From Mayamaea pseudoterrestris (taxonomy: Eukaryota), in the NCBI GenBank assembly GCA_027923505.1, contig BROI01000037.1, positions 185,490-205,489 of the forward strand: a stretch of DNA of 20,000 nucleotides, given 5' to 3'. Below the pieces are notes generated by a model, which was given only the letters and a program-made list of their open reading frames with translations, searched no databases and was not told the DNA's origin. Each line of letters starts with the position of its first letter. The stretch's first letter is position 1. Positions 1-8,425 of the stretch are shown in pieces. A program made the position numbers and the translations under genes.

Positions 1-1
1 T

Positions 2-328
2 GAATTTTACCAAGTACTTCGTAGTTGGAAACAGCCTGGCGCGTCTGTAGAAGTGACGGCTACAAACAAATTTAAGCAGGGTCGGGATTACACGACGGCC
101 AAGGGCATTAAGCATGGTTCACGTGACGAGATCCGAGCCGGCGTTCGCACGGACTCCTGCTTGCCGAAGCGAAAGTGCTACTATCCAAACTGTCCGGAGG
201 GTTACATGGCCGTGGAAAAATTGAGTCAATGCTCCAAGTGCAAAATAGCCCAGTACTGTTCGCGCGATTGTCAAGCTGCGCACTGGAAGGAGCACAAGCT
301 ATTGTGCACGGCGGCACGGCAAGGATGA
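2..328 (+). CDS. 3' end of a protein with a C-terminal MYND-type zinc finger (5'-partial)
   Basis: Frame is open from position 2 to TGA at 326-328. CYYPNC...CSKCKIAQYCSRDCQAAHWKEHKLLC fits the zf-MYND pattern CxxC..YCSxxCQxxHWxxHKxxC. Confidence 0.85.
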   Translation, partial: EFYQVLRSWKQPGASVEVTATNKFKQGRDYTTAKGIKHGSRDEIRAGVRTDSCLPKRKCYYPNCPEGYMAVEKLSQCSKCKIAQYCSRDCQAAHWKEHKLLCTAARQG

Positions 329-470
329 GCAAACGAGAGATAGTCAATTAACATCATTAGTAGCGTGTTGGATACCAAACACCCGGTATTCATGCAGCTT
401 TCCCTAGTAGTTTCCGTAGCAGAAGGCTTCACACTTTCAGCTGCTCCTGAGATATGGAATAAAATGTACT

Positions 471-1607
471 TTATCTATCGTTGCCGCAGTCATATAAACT
501 ATTGAGTCGCTGTAGCACGCCACCAAACATGTTCTCATCTAGTTCATGCACAAGATGTAACAAGGAGTCTCGGGTTGTTGGGTCGTGACTGCTCGCATGT
601 CCTCCTGCATTGACTTCCGGTTGCTGAGGAATTGTATAATACTCGTGACCACCTGGATATAAAAAGTCCATCGTTTGTCCAAATATATTGAGCTGTTTAC
701 TGGCGTTGGTGATGTCCTCAAAGCAGACTAATAGCGTTCTGTCCACGGGGTCCACCTGTCTGCGTTGCTCCAATTCCACGAGATATCCCTCAATGGATAA
801 GTAATACGCTCGCAAGGCCACGTGGATGTAGACGCGCATGCCCACATCCGCGTCTTCATCTGCTAAATAGTGACACATTGATCGATTAAGGCCAGGCGGA
901 TAGGCAAATTGAATATCACGTGTGTACCTTTCCCAATCCATGTTTCGTTGACGCTTCTCTGGCACGGGTTCGCCGTAGGCGCTGAGCCAACACTCATGTC
1001 CCGACTGGTGATACAAGTAGCCGGATACAATAGCATCAAACATGTTGCGGAGAAGGACAACTTGCCGGTAGTCCTTTAGTGATGTACTGTTTGCCTTGGG
1101 CATCCTTTTAGGAGTGATATGAGTGCTCGTAATATTTGGGGCAAAGGAACCGTAAAGCTTTTCGGACAAGATAAACCCGAATTTGTGGTTACGTCTGGGA
1201 TTGTGAAGCAGTTTGAATGAGGCTCAATAGCTTCCTTTTTAGTACATGGATCTGGCAATTGGCACTTACAAAATTTGGCGTTGGCAGCAATTTCGATCCA
1301 TGTGAAAGCAGGAACAATTCTCGTCTATTACCATTACCAATGGAGCCAGCTCCTCACTATGACTCTCTACAAATATATCTCGGTTAGTATTTAGAAGGAC
1401 TATCAGCGTGACAGCCGTCGTTCCAAAAAATAACAACCATGACAAAGAGGTGCGTGGCTGAAACATTGAATTTTGAAAAATTGGAATTGTTTGCTGGGAA
1501 TGCTCATCACTTGATTCACAGTCAAGTAAACAATGCTCATCCAAGCCTTCATTGTCATCAGTATTATCAAAAATTTGCTCGTCTGCATAGAGTTCTTTCA
1601 TTGCCAT
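471..1607 (-). CDS. Type II membrane sulfotransferase-like protein; two exons complement(join(471..1194,1270..1607)), about 353 aa
   Basis: ORFs 1266..1607 and 471..1169 join in frame across a GTAAGT...CCCAG intron, giving ...RQILRNHKFGFILSEKL... There is an N-terminal TM segment (WLLFFGTTAVTLIVLL), HKFG resembles the 5'-PSB motif, VVLLRNMFDAIVSGYLYH resembles the 3'-PB motif, and LLVCFEDI resembles RYEDL. Confidence 0.7.
1195..1269 (-). other. 75-bp spliceosomal intron
   Basis: Minus-strand donor GTAAGT at 1269 and acceptor CTTCACAATCCCAG ending at 1195. Splicing removes the in-frame TAA and restores one long ORF. Confidence 0.8.
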
Positions 1608-1981
1608 GTTAAGTTTAATTTTTTTCCAGTCTCATCCACACCATCATCACGAGTCGCAGTCTCTGTTGCCGATACCGGTAAGGATTTGGCGACTGATGAC
1701 ATGCGTTGGTAAAAGCGCTACCGGCGCGCTTTCAAACGCCTTCAACGGTTTGAACGTTTTGTTGCAGGTATGAAAAAAAATGTCTATTCACGACAAAGTA
1801 CTATAGCCCGTAAATATATCAGTCGTGCGCAACGCGGCGGACAGACTTGTTCTGCGAAACAACCATCCGACCGAACCATGAGCAACTTCGTATGCGTCAT
1901 TTGCAGCAAGATCAGCGGAAGAGCATCAAAAGCTTTAGAGACGATAGTAGATCTCTAAACATATAAAAATCTTGTGAAAGA

Positions 1982-3502
1982 ATGGAAGCAAGAACACGAA
2001 CGCCAATCGGGCCTCTCATCGTCAAATCTGCCTCCATGATCGTCGCAGCTGGGTGCGCTTGGTACTTCTACCAACGTAAAGGTTCCATTTGCTACAACCA
2101 GTCGCGCCAAAGGCGCAAACAAAATCATCAAGAAGATTCCATCACGTCGGCTTACGAATCACTGATTGGAGACACGCCCATGATTGAGCTGCAGCACTTG
2201 TCGCGCTTGCTCAAGCGACGAATATTCGTCAAACTGGAACACTTGAATCCAGGAGGGACGGGCAAGGATCGAGCCGCCCGCAGCATGATTTTGGCAGCGG
2301 AACGACAAGGTGCCTTGCCGGTATATGAAGCGAGTCATGAACTGGACGATGTGTCTGGCACGAGGTTTTGCATATCAACAACTGTGACGAGCACGGCAGC
2401 GCGTTGTAATCCATTGCAAGGCGACAATCAACCTGAAACGAGTAATGTAATAAATGCGTCTATCAGTATTAAAGATGCTTCATCAGTTTTCATGGACAAA
2501 ACTATGGACGCTGCAATTCAAAAAGCAGTGGCATATATGCCAACGTCGATTACAAAATGCGGCATGATTGTGGAAGGAACGTCGGGATCCACTGGAATAT
2601 CGTTGGCTGCACTGGCCCGCTGTCGCAACCACGCCTGCATTGTCGTCTTGCCAGACGACCAAGCTTCCGAGAAACGAGTCGTTTTGGAAGCCTTAAGTGC
2701 CGTCGTGTTGGTGGTGCCGACGCACAGCATTTCGCATCCGCACCATTACGTGAATGTGGCACGGAAGCTTGCCGAGCGAGCGCGACTAAAATACAAGCTT
2801 CAGGCGGTGTTCATGGATCAGTTTGACAACTTGGCCAATTTCCAGGTACATTATGATGAGACTGGACCGGAAGTGTGGGAGCAGTGTCAGCGAAATATAC
2901 AAGCTGTTTGTCTTTCCGCAGGAACGGGAGGTACGATTGCCGGCGTTGGCCAATATTTGAAGCAAGCATGTCCATCCATTCGCATTGTTTTGGTGGATCC
3001 GCCGGGGAGCTCGCTGTATCACAAGATTGTGCATGGAGTTTGCTTTGCGCCCCAGCAGTCTGAAAGAACATTGCAGCGACATAGATACGATACCTTGGCG
3101 GAAGGAATTGGACTGGACCGTGTCACGCGCAACCTACAAGCCGGCTTGGATGCGATTGACAGTGCCATTCAGGTATCCGATCAGGAGGCTTTGGACATGG
3201 CGCATTGGTTGCTGCGAAAGGAAGGTTTGTGGGTGGGTTCGAGCTCGGCCATGAATGTTGTAGGAGCCGTCCGCACTGCCATGGAGTTGCCGGAAGCGTC
3301 CAAGATTGTCACATTTGTTTGTGATTCCGGTCAACGGCATGTTACTCGATTCTGGAACCGAGATTTCGTTATAAGCCGAGGATTGGAGTGGCCAGGAGAT
3401 GTTTCATCTCCGTTAGAGTCATCTCTAGAAAGGTTGTCTGACTGCTTACGTGAGGCTTTGGTAAATGACAAGAGAATAAGTACGCTAGAGGACAACCAAT
3501 AA
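1982..3502 (+). CDS. Cysteine synthase-like PLP-dependent enzyme (fold type II), with an N-terminal hydrophobic anchor and an internal insertion
   Basis: Motifs IGDTPMIEL, VKLEHLNPGGTGKDRAA (PLP lysine), EGTSGSTGISLA, DQFDNLAN, AGTGGT, DTLAEGIG, EGLWVGSSSAMN and CDSGQRH. Resembles the fungal cysteine synthase 2/MCY1 type. Confidence 0.9.
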   Translation: MEARTRTPIGPLIVKSASMIVAAGCAWYFYQRKGSICYNQSRQRRKQNHQEDSITSAYESLIGDTPMIELQHLSRLLKRRIFVKLEHLNPGGTGKDRAARSMILAAERQGALPVYEASHELDDVSGTRFCISTTVTSTAARCNPLQGDNQPETSNVINASISIKDASSVFMDKTMDAAIQKAVAYMPTSITKCGMIVEGTSGSTGISLAALARCRNHACIVVLPDDQASEKRVVLEALSAVVLVVPTHSISHPHHYVNVARKLAERARLKYKLQAVFMDQFDNLANFQVHYDETGPEVWEQCQRNIQAVCLSAGTGGTIAGVGQYLKQACPSIRIVLVDPPGSSLYHKIVHGVCFAPQQSERTLQRHRYDTLAEGIGLDRVTRNLQAGLDAIDSAIQVSDQEALDMAHWLLRKEGLWVGSSSAMNVVGAVRTAMELPEASKIVTFVCDSGQRHVTRFWNRDFVISRGLEWPGDVSSPLESSLERLSDCLREALVNDKRISTLEDNQ

Positions 3503-3574
3503 GTTGTCTTAGTGTTTTGTTTACTGGTATAGGGTAAATGGCTGCTACCACCATATGGCGAAGTTGCACGCATC

Positions 3575-3579
3575 AAGCT
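3575..3579 (+). repeat. Left target-site duplication AAGCT (partner at 10451-10455)
   Basis: catc-AAGCT-TGTCA on the left and TGACA-AAGCT-gcctc on the right. Confidence 0.95.
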
Positions 3580-3933
3580 TGTCAGCCGATTACATGATTG
3601 AATACTCGAATGCTCTTGTCGCATGCGACATGAGCTATACATCAATACCTGGCTCGTGTGTGAATCGCCTGTTAATTAAGGACGATCGCCTGTTGGATCT
3701 ATTCAACGGGAGCACATGGACAGTTACATACAAAATTAGCGGACGCTACAGGATTAGCAGACTGTAGCGGGTAACTCACTTTCTATAGTATCACGTTGTT
3801 TTACCGACGTTGTAGATTGTGCCTCTTGCAATACGAGAGCAGTAAAGGAGAAGTGCACATCTCTGGTCTGCTTAAGGATTGTACAGAGGATTGAAGACCA
3901 CTGTCGAGCATCTTGCAAAGAGGCCGTGTGACA
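3580..3933 (+). repeat. 5' LTR of element 1 (354 bp)
   Basis: Direct repeat of 10097-10450 with no difference seen by eye; terminal inverted repeat TGTCA/TGACA. Confidence 0.97.
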
Positions 3934-3949
3934 GATCAACAGTCTTGGT
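3934..3949 (+). promoter_or_regulatory. Putative primer binding site of element 1 (non-canonical, GATCAACAGTCTTGGT)
   Basis: Lies immediately 3' of the 5' LTR. A near-identical GATCACACAGTCTTGGT follows the LTR end of element 2 (14711-14727). Confidence 0.7.
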
Positions 3950-4117
3950 TGTACCCTGCAAAGTGAAGCTTTGGACGCAAGGCATCACCTTCCTTCCCTC
4001 AAAACTTCTTCGCAGTCGACGAGAGCAGCAACTCTCGAGGCAGCATAAAGCAGAAGCACCTTAAAGTAAAGGGGTCTGCGATCGGATCGACTTGCAAGCG
4101 TTCCATAAACTGCAAAG

Positions 4118-6646
4118 ATGGCTCCAAGTACACGGAGCAACTTCCTCAAGATGGGCTTGTCGGCAATGATGAATCTGGCCGACGATGCAACGTATGACGC
4201 TCATAGCATCGTCACGACTCTCCAGTCGATCGGTGTAAATGATCGCGAGTCCCTCATGCTCGTTACCGATGCTGATATCAAGGGTCTCCATTTCTCGCCG
4301 CCAGAGGAGAACATGGTTCTTCGCATCAAGAAGTGGGCGGTCGGCAAGGATAAAGCAGCCGACTGGGCGACTCTGACGATCGACAAGCTTATCAGCGAAA
4401 CAAGCGATAGCGTGGCGACTCCATCGGCGACAAGCACGAGTCGTTCCTTCGAGAGCCGAATCAAAGTTGATATGAACGCGTATAAGGAGCTCAAGGACGA
4501 CAGTCGCTTCCGCGTATGGAATCGAGAGACGCTGATGGCAGCGTATATGCATGGACTCTCCGACATCTTCGACGAGAAGGTTGTCGCTCCGACTGACGCA
4601 GATGGCTTGAAGGAATGGAACTTAAAGCAGAGCGTCGTCATGAGCATCTTCGTTAACACCTTGAAGACGGCGAAATCGCTGCAGATCCTCCGCAAGCACT
4701 TAAACAATCGAACGGCAAAGGCGTGCTATCAGGAGCTAGTCACCGAGTATTGCAAAGGAACGTTCGGAAAGATCCAAGTGCGTAAGGCAGAGAAAACGTT
4801 GCGCGACTTCAAGTTCGATGAATCCAAGTCCCATATGAGCTTCGTTACTGGCTGGCTGAACAAGCTCAAGGATTATGAAGAGATCAAGGATGCGCCCGCG
4901 TCTGATGGAGACAAGCTCGAGTGGTTTACCGACGCGCTGCAAGCAAGCGACGCGCTCCGTGCTGTTATTGATACAACCACCGTGCAAGATCAGCGTGATG
5001 GCAAAGATACCGACTTCAACACCCTGATTACGCTCGTCTCGAGCATGGCGATCTCCAAGGACTCGTATGCTTCGATTACCAAGAGCAAGCTTAAAGCGAA
5101 TCAAGCTGAAACTGGAACTCCAAGCGCTAAGAAGAGCGGCGGCGGCGGTGGTCGTGGCGCCGGGCGTGGAGGAGCTGGTCGAGGCATGCAGAATCCCGGC
5201 CGCGGCACTGGTCGTGGCGGAGGCCGAGGCCAAGGCGGACAGCAGCGTCAAGCGAATGAAGCAGCAAGCAGTACAGCTCAGTTGCCTGCGGTATCGTCTG
5301 AAGTATGGGCGACCATGGACCAAGCAGCTCGAGCGCCGTACATCCGTCAAGCTCGTGAGCGTCGTCAGCAGCGCACTCATCAAGCGGCAAACCAGGCGCA
5401 GTCAAGCGGCGGCAACGGCAATCCGAACATTGCGACCATTCAGTTCGTTAATGAACCAAACCATTCGACGGCAATGTCGGCTGTTACGCAGCAGACTCAG
5501 CCTCCGCAGCAGCAGCAACCCGCGCAGCAGCAGCGAGGATACGCCGCGCGTCAATTCCTTTCGAACGACCAAGCATCGGTTGCTCAATCCAGTCAGCAGT
5601 CGCAGCAACCGGAGCATACCATCATGATGGGGAATCAGCGTTATCACATGTACCGTGCGAACGCTTGTCGGCTCAAGTATCGCATCAGTCGCTCGAGCGT
5701 GGGCGCTGATGACTCGTTGATTGATCGAGGCGCAAACGGCGGCCTCTGGGGATCCGAGGGTCGTGTACTTGACGTATCAACCTTCCACACCGTCGATATT
5801 ACTGGTATTGACAAGCATGTGAAGAAGGGCGTGCCACTTGGAATGGTGGCCGGAAAGATTGTCAGCGTGGAGGGTGAGCAAATCATCGCCATCTTCAACA
5901 ATTACGCCATTGGAGGCAGCGGAGCGACGATTCACGCAGCCATTCAGCTCGAGGACTTTGGACATGAGGTCTTTGATAAGGTATCAGGCGTTGGAGGACT
6001 GCAGTTAATGAAGCTCTCTGATGGAACCATTGTCCCCTTTAGCGTGGTTAATGGATTGGTCCAACTCGCGATGGCTAATTTTACCGACGACGAATTTAAT
6101 AGCCTCCGCTACGTTATGATGACGTTGGATGCTCCCTGGGATCCGTCAAAGTACGACAATGTGCTTGATGAGCAGGTTGCGAAGGACGCTGCAGAGTCGC
6201 TCGACCATGACGCTTCAACCATTGTGATGAGCAACGTCTCTAACCCCGGTCGACCAAACGATTTGCAGTCGTATCTCGAGTCTTTATCCTGCCCTTTGAG
6301 CAACTACGACCGCACGTCGTATACATTGTCCGAAGCGGATCATTCTATCGCTGGAAACGGAGTGGGCGCGACTCATTCAAGTGGACAGCTGCAAGTTGAT
6401 TCTTCTGTCGTCGACAGCAATCAAGTCAATAACACGGAGACTGAACTCGACGCGGACGACGATAGCGTTCCTCCATTGGTCGCGCGCGATGCAAACGATG
6501 ATTCTACCGCTGGCGGGTCCCGCGGCGACGACGAGTCAATCGCTAGCCACGGCAGCAACGACAGCGACGAATGGTTTGACGCTGAGGAAGATCTATTTTT
6601 CGAGTATGGGGAGACAATGAACAAGTCTTCTCTACGCATGATTTAA
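4118..6646 (+). CDS. Gag plus aspartic protease part of the element 1 polyprotein
   Basis: Copia-type Gag core (FRVWNRETL...HGLSDIFD...WNLKQSVVMSIF), an RG-rich/Q-rich segment, protease motif LIDRGANGG (DRG at 5723-5731), then an acidic spacer. Confidence 0.88.
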   Translation: MAPSTRSNFLKMGLSAMMNLADDATYDAHSIVTTLQSIGVNDRESLMLVTDADIKGLHFSPPEENMVLRIKKWAVGKDKAADWATLTIDKLISETSDSVATPSATSTSRSFESRIKVDMNAYKELKDDSRFRVWNRETLMAAYMHGLSDIFDEKVVAPTDADGLKEWNLKQSVVMSIFVNTLKTAKSLQILRKHLNNRTAKACYQELVTEYCKGTFGKIQVRKAEKTLRDFKFDESKSHMSFVTGWLNKLKDYEEIKDAPASDGDKLEWFTDALQASDALRAVIDTTTVQDQRDGKDTDFNTLITLVSSMAISKDSYASITKSKLKANQAETGTPSAKKSGGGGGRGAGRGGAGRGMQNPGRGTGRGGGRGQGGQQRQANEAASSTAQLPAVSSEVWATMDQAARAPYIRQARERRQQRTHQAANQAQSSGGNGNPNIATIQFVNEPNHSTAMSAVTQQTQPPQQQQPAQQQRGYAARQFLSNDQASVAQSSQQSQQPEHTIMMGNQRYHMYRANACRLKYRISRSSVGADDSLIDRGANGGLWGSEGRVLDVSTFHTVDITGIDKHVKKGVPLGMVAGKIVSVEGEQIIAIFNNYAIGGSGATIHAAIQLEDFGHEVFDKVSGVGGLQLMKLSDGTIVPFSVVNGLVQLAMANFTDDEFNSLRYVMMTLDAPWDPSKYDNVLDEQVAKDAAESLDHDASTIVMSNVSNPGRPNDLQSYLESLSCPLSNYDRTSYTLSEADHSIAGNGVGATHSSGQLQVDSSVVDSNQVNNTETELDADDDSVPPLVARDANDDSTAGGSRGDDESIASHGSNDSDEWFDAEEDLFFEYGETMNKSSLRMI

Positions 6647-8425
6647 ACGTTTACCAGGCAACGATGGAAGCTGGCAACACGACGGCATACATCAATCTTG
6701 CCGCTCGTCCTGCTCGATCCATCTTGCCTGCTCGCCCCGACTACGACGCTTTGCGCCCGTACTTCGCGTGGATTCCAATCAATCGTATCAAGGAAACTCT
6801 AAAGAATACAACGCAGTTTTATCGTGCGGAGAACCGTCATCCTATGCGGCGCCATTATCGGACGCGTTTCCCTGGAGCCAACGTTAATCGTCTGGCGGAG
6901 ACGGTCGCTACCGACACCATTTTCTCTGATGTGCCTGCTATTGACGACGGTATTCCCGGTCATGGAGGTTGCACGATGGCACAACTGTACGTTGGTCTTG
7001 AGAGTCGATTGATTGAGGTATACCCCATGCGGAGCAAAGGACAGTTGCCGAGCACGTTGATGAAATTCATAAGCGAACGAGGCGCTCCACTCGAGCTCTT
7101 CTCTGACTGCGCTAAGGAAGCTTGCAGCAAGGAAGTTGAGGAAATCCTTCGTATGATGATGATTCGGCGTCATAAACGCAGCAAGCCATACCAACAGAAC
7201 CAAGATCCCGCGGAGCGCGCCATTGGCGACGTCGAGCGCCAAGTGAATGTCGTCATGGATCGTACTGGGACACCAGCTCCATTCTGGTTGCTTTGTACGC
7301 TGTACATTGCGAGTCTCTTTTGCGTTCTTTCCCAAGCTTCTTTACAAGGGAAGACTGCCTTTCAGCATACTACTGGCCAAGTCCCAGACATTTCGCCCTA
7401 CTTGAATTACCATTGGTGGGAGCGCGTCTCTTTCCTTGACGACAATCCCGACAAGATGACTGATAGCATGCAACGCGCTGGTCGTTTTGTTGGCGTTGCA
7501 AAGGATGTGGGCGACCATTTAACTTATTGGATCCTTGATGAGGAGACGATGAAGGTCATTCCTCGGTCTGTTGTTGCAAAGCGCGACGATCCTGCAAACC
7601 CCAATCTCCGGCTCGATACGCCGACTGTTTCTGCTACTGCAGATGGGGAGGCATTCGTTTACACGCAAGACGGCATCATTGAAGCGTTTAACTTGAGTGA
7701 TAAAGACGAAGAGTCTCCAGTAACAGACAGCGGCGAGCGCTCCCCGGGTGAAACCGTCGCGAGCGACGAGTCGAGAAATCCTTTGAGCAATCCTAATCGT
7801 CCTCAAACTCGCTCACAAACTAAAGCAAATCCTTCTCCAAGCAATCGTCCCAAGTTGCCTTACTTTTCACCTGAAGATTTGATTGATCGGTCCTTTCTAT
7901 ACGACGCTCCAAACGGGCAACGCCTTCGAGCCGTCGTCAAACGCAAGCTAGACACGTTGGACGCTCAGAATCATCAAAACATTAAGTTCATTTTGCATCT
8001 TGGTAAAGAAGAAGCGGAGGAGGTGATTGATTACGTTAAATTGAACGACATCTTCGAGGCTCTTGTGCTGGATGAGGTAGCTAACCCTCAAGCGTGGCCG
8101 ACTTACAAAGAAATCCTTTCCCACGCTGGTCCGTACACAAACCGGTCCCCTGAGTGGCGTGGAAGCAAGTTTAACGTGTTGGTATTATGGGACGATGGCG
8201 AGGACATGAATCAATTTGGCAAAGATGATCCCGTAGCTGCGCCGACTATGCTCGAGACCATGGGCTGCTTGAGACGGATGGATGGAAGTTTCTGCAGAAG
8301 CATGCGCGGGAGACAAGCTCCTTACGCAAGATCAAAGCAGCGAAGTCAGCTCAATCAAAACGCGGTCCACGCTACAAGTTTGACGTCCGTATCCCTCGCG
8401 ACTGGCGTGAAGCTCGTTCCTTTTC
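6586..8425 (+). CDS. Integrase and C-terminal chromodomain-like region of element 1 (frame open from 6586; frameshift at about 8236)
   Basis: DDE core: VATDTIFSD...LFSDCAKE...QNQDPAERAI. SH3-like RAGRFVGVAKDVGDHLTYWI. After 8238 the shifted frame reads CADYARDHGLLETDGWKFL...PRYKFDVRIPRDWREA. Confidence 0.85.

Noticed and set aside
3555..3767. Duplicated 62-70 aa ORF (also 10096..10284)
   Set aside because: It is duplicated only because it lies in the LTRs; the 3' copy has no ATG start at that position and there are no protein motifs.
3773..3950. Tf1-style self-priming (PBS pairing with the transcript 5' end)
   Set aside because: Sequence at the putative start site (TCACTTTCTATAG) is not complementary to the PBS. 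Only short partial matches occur elsewhere in the LTR.
4061..5965. Antisense and alternate-frame ORFs over gag (e.g. 4736..5383 -, 5067..5627 +)
   Set aside because: Shadow ORFs of GC-rich, low-complexity coding sequence with no independent motifs.
6642..6648. TTTAAAC slippery heptamer at the ORF1/ORF2 junction as a programmed -1 frameshift site
   Set aside because: It is in the wrong phase: T-TTA-AAC is in the ORF2 frame, while ORF1 reads ATT-TAA. The break also falls between protease and integrase, not at the gag/pol boundary.
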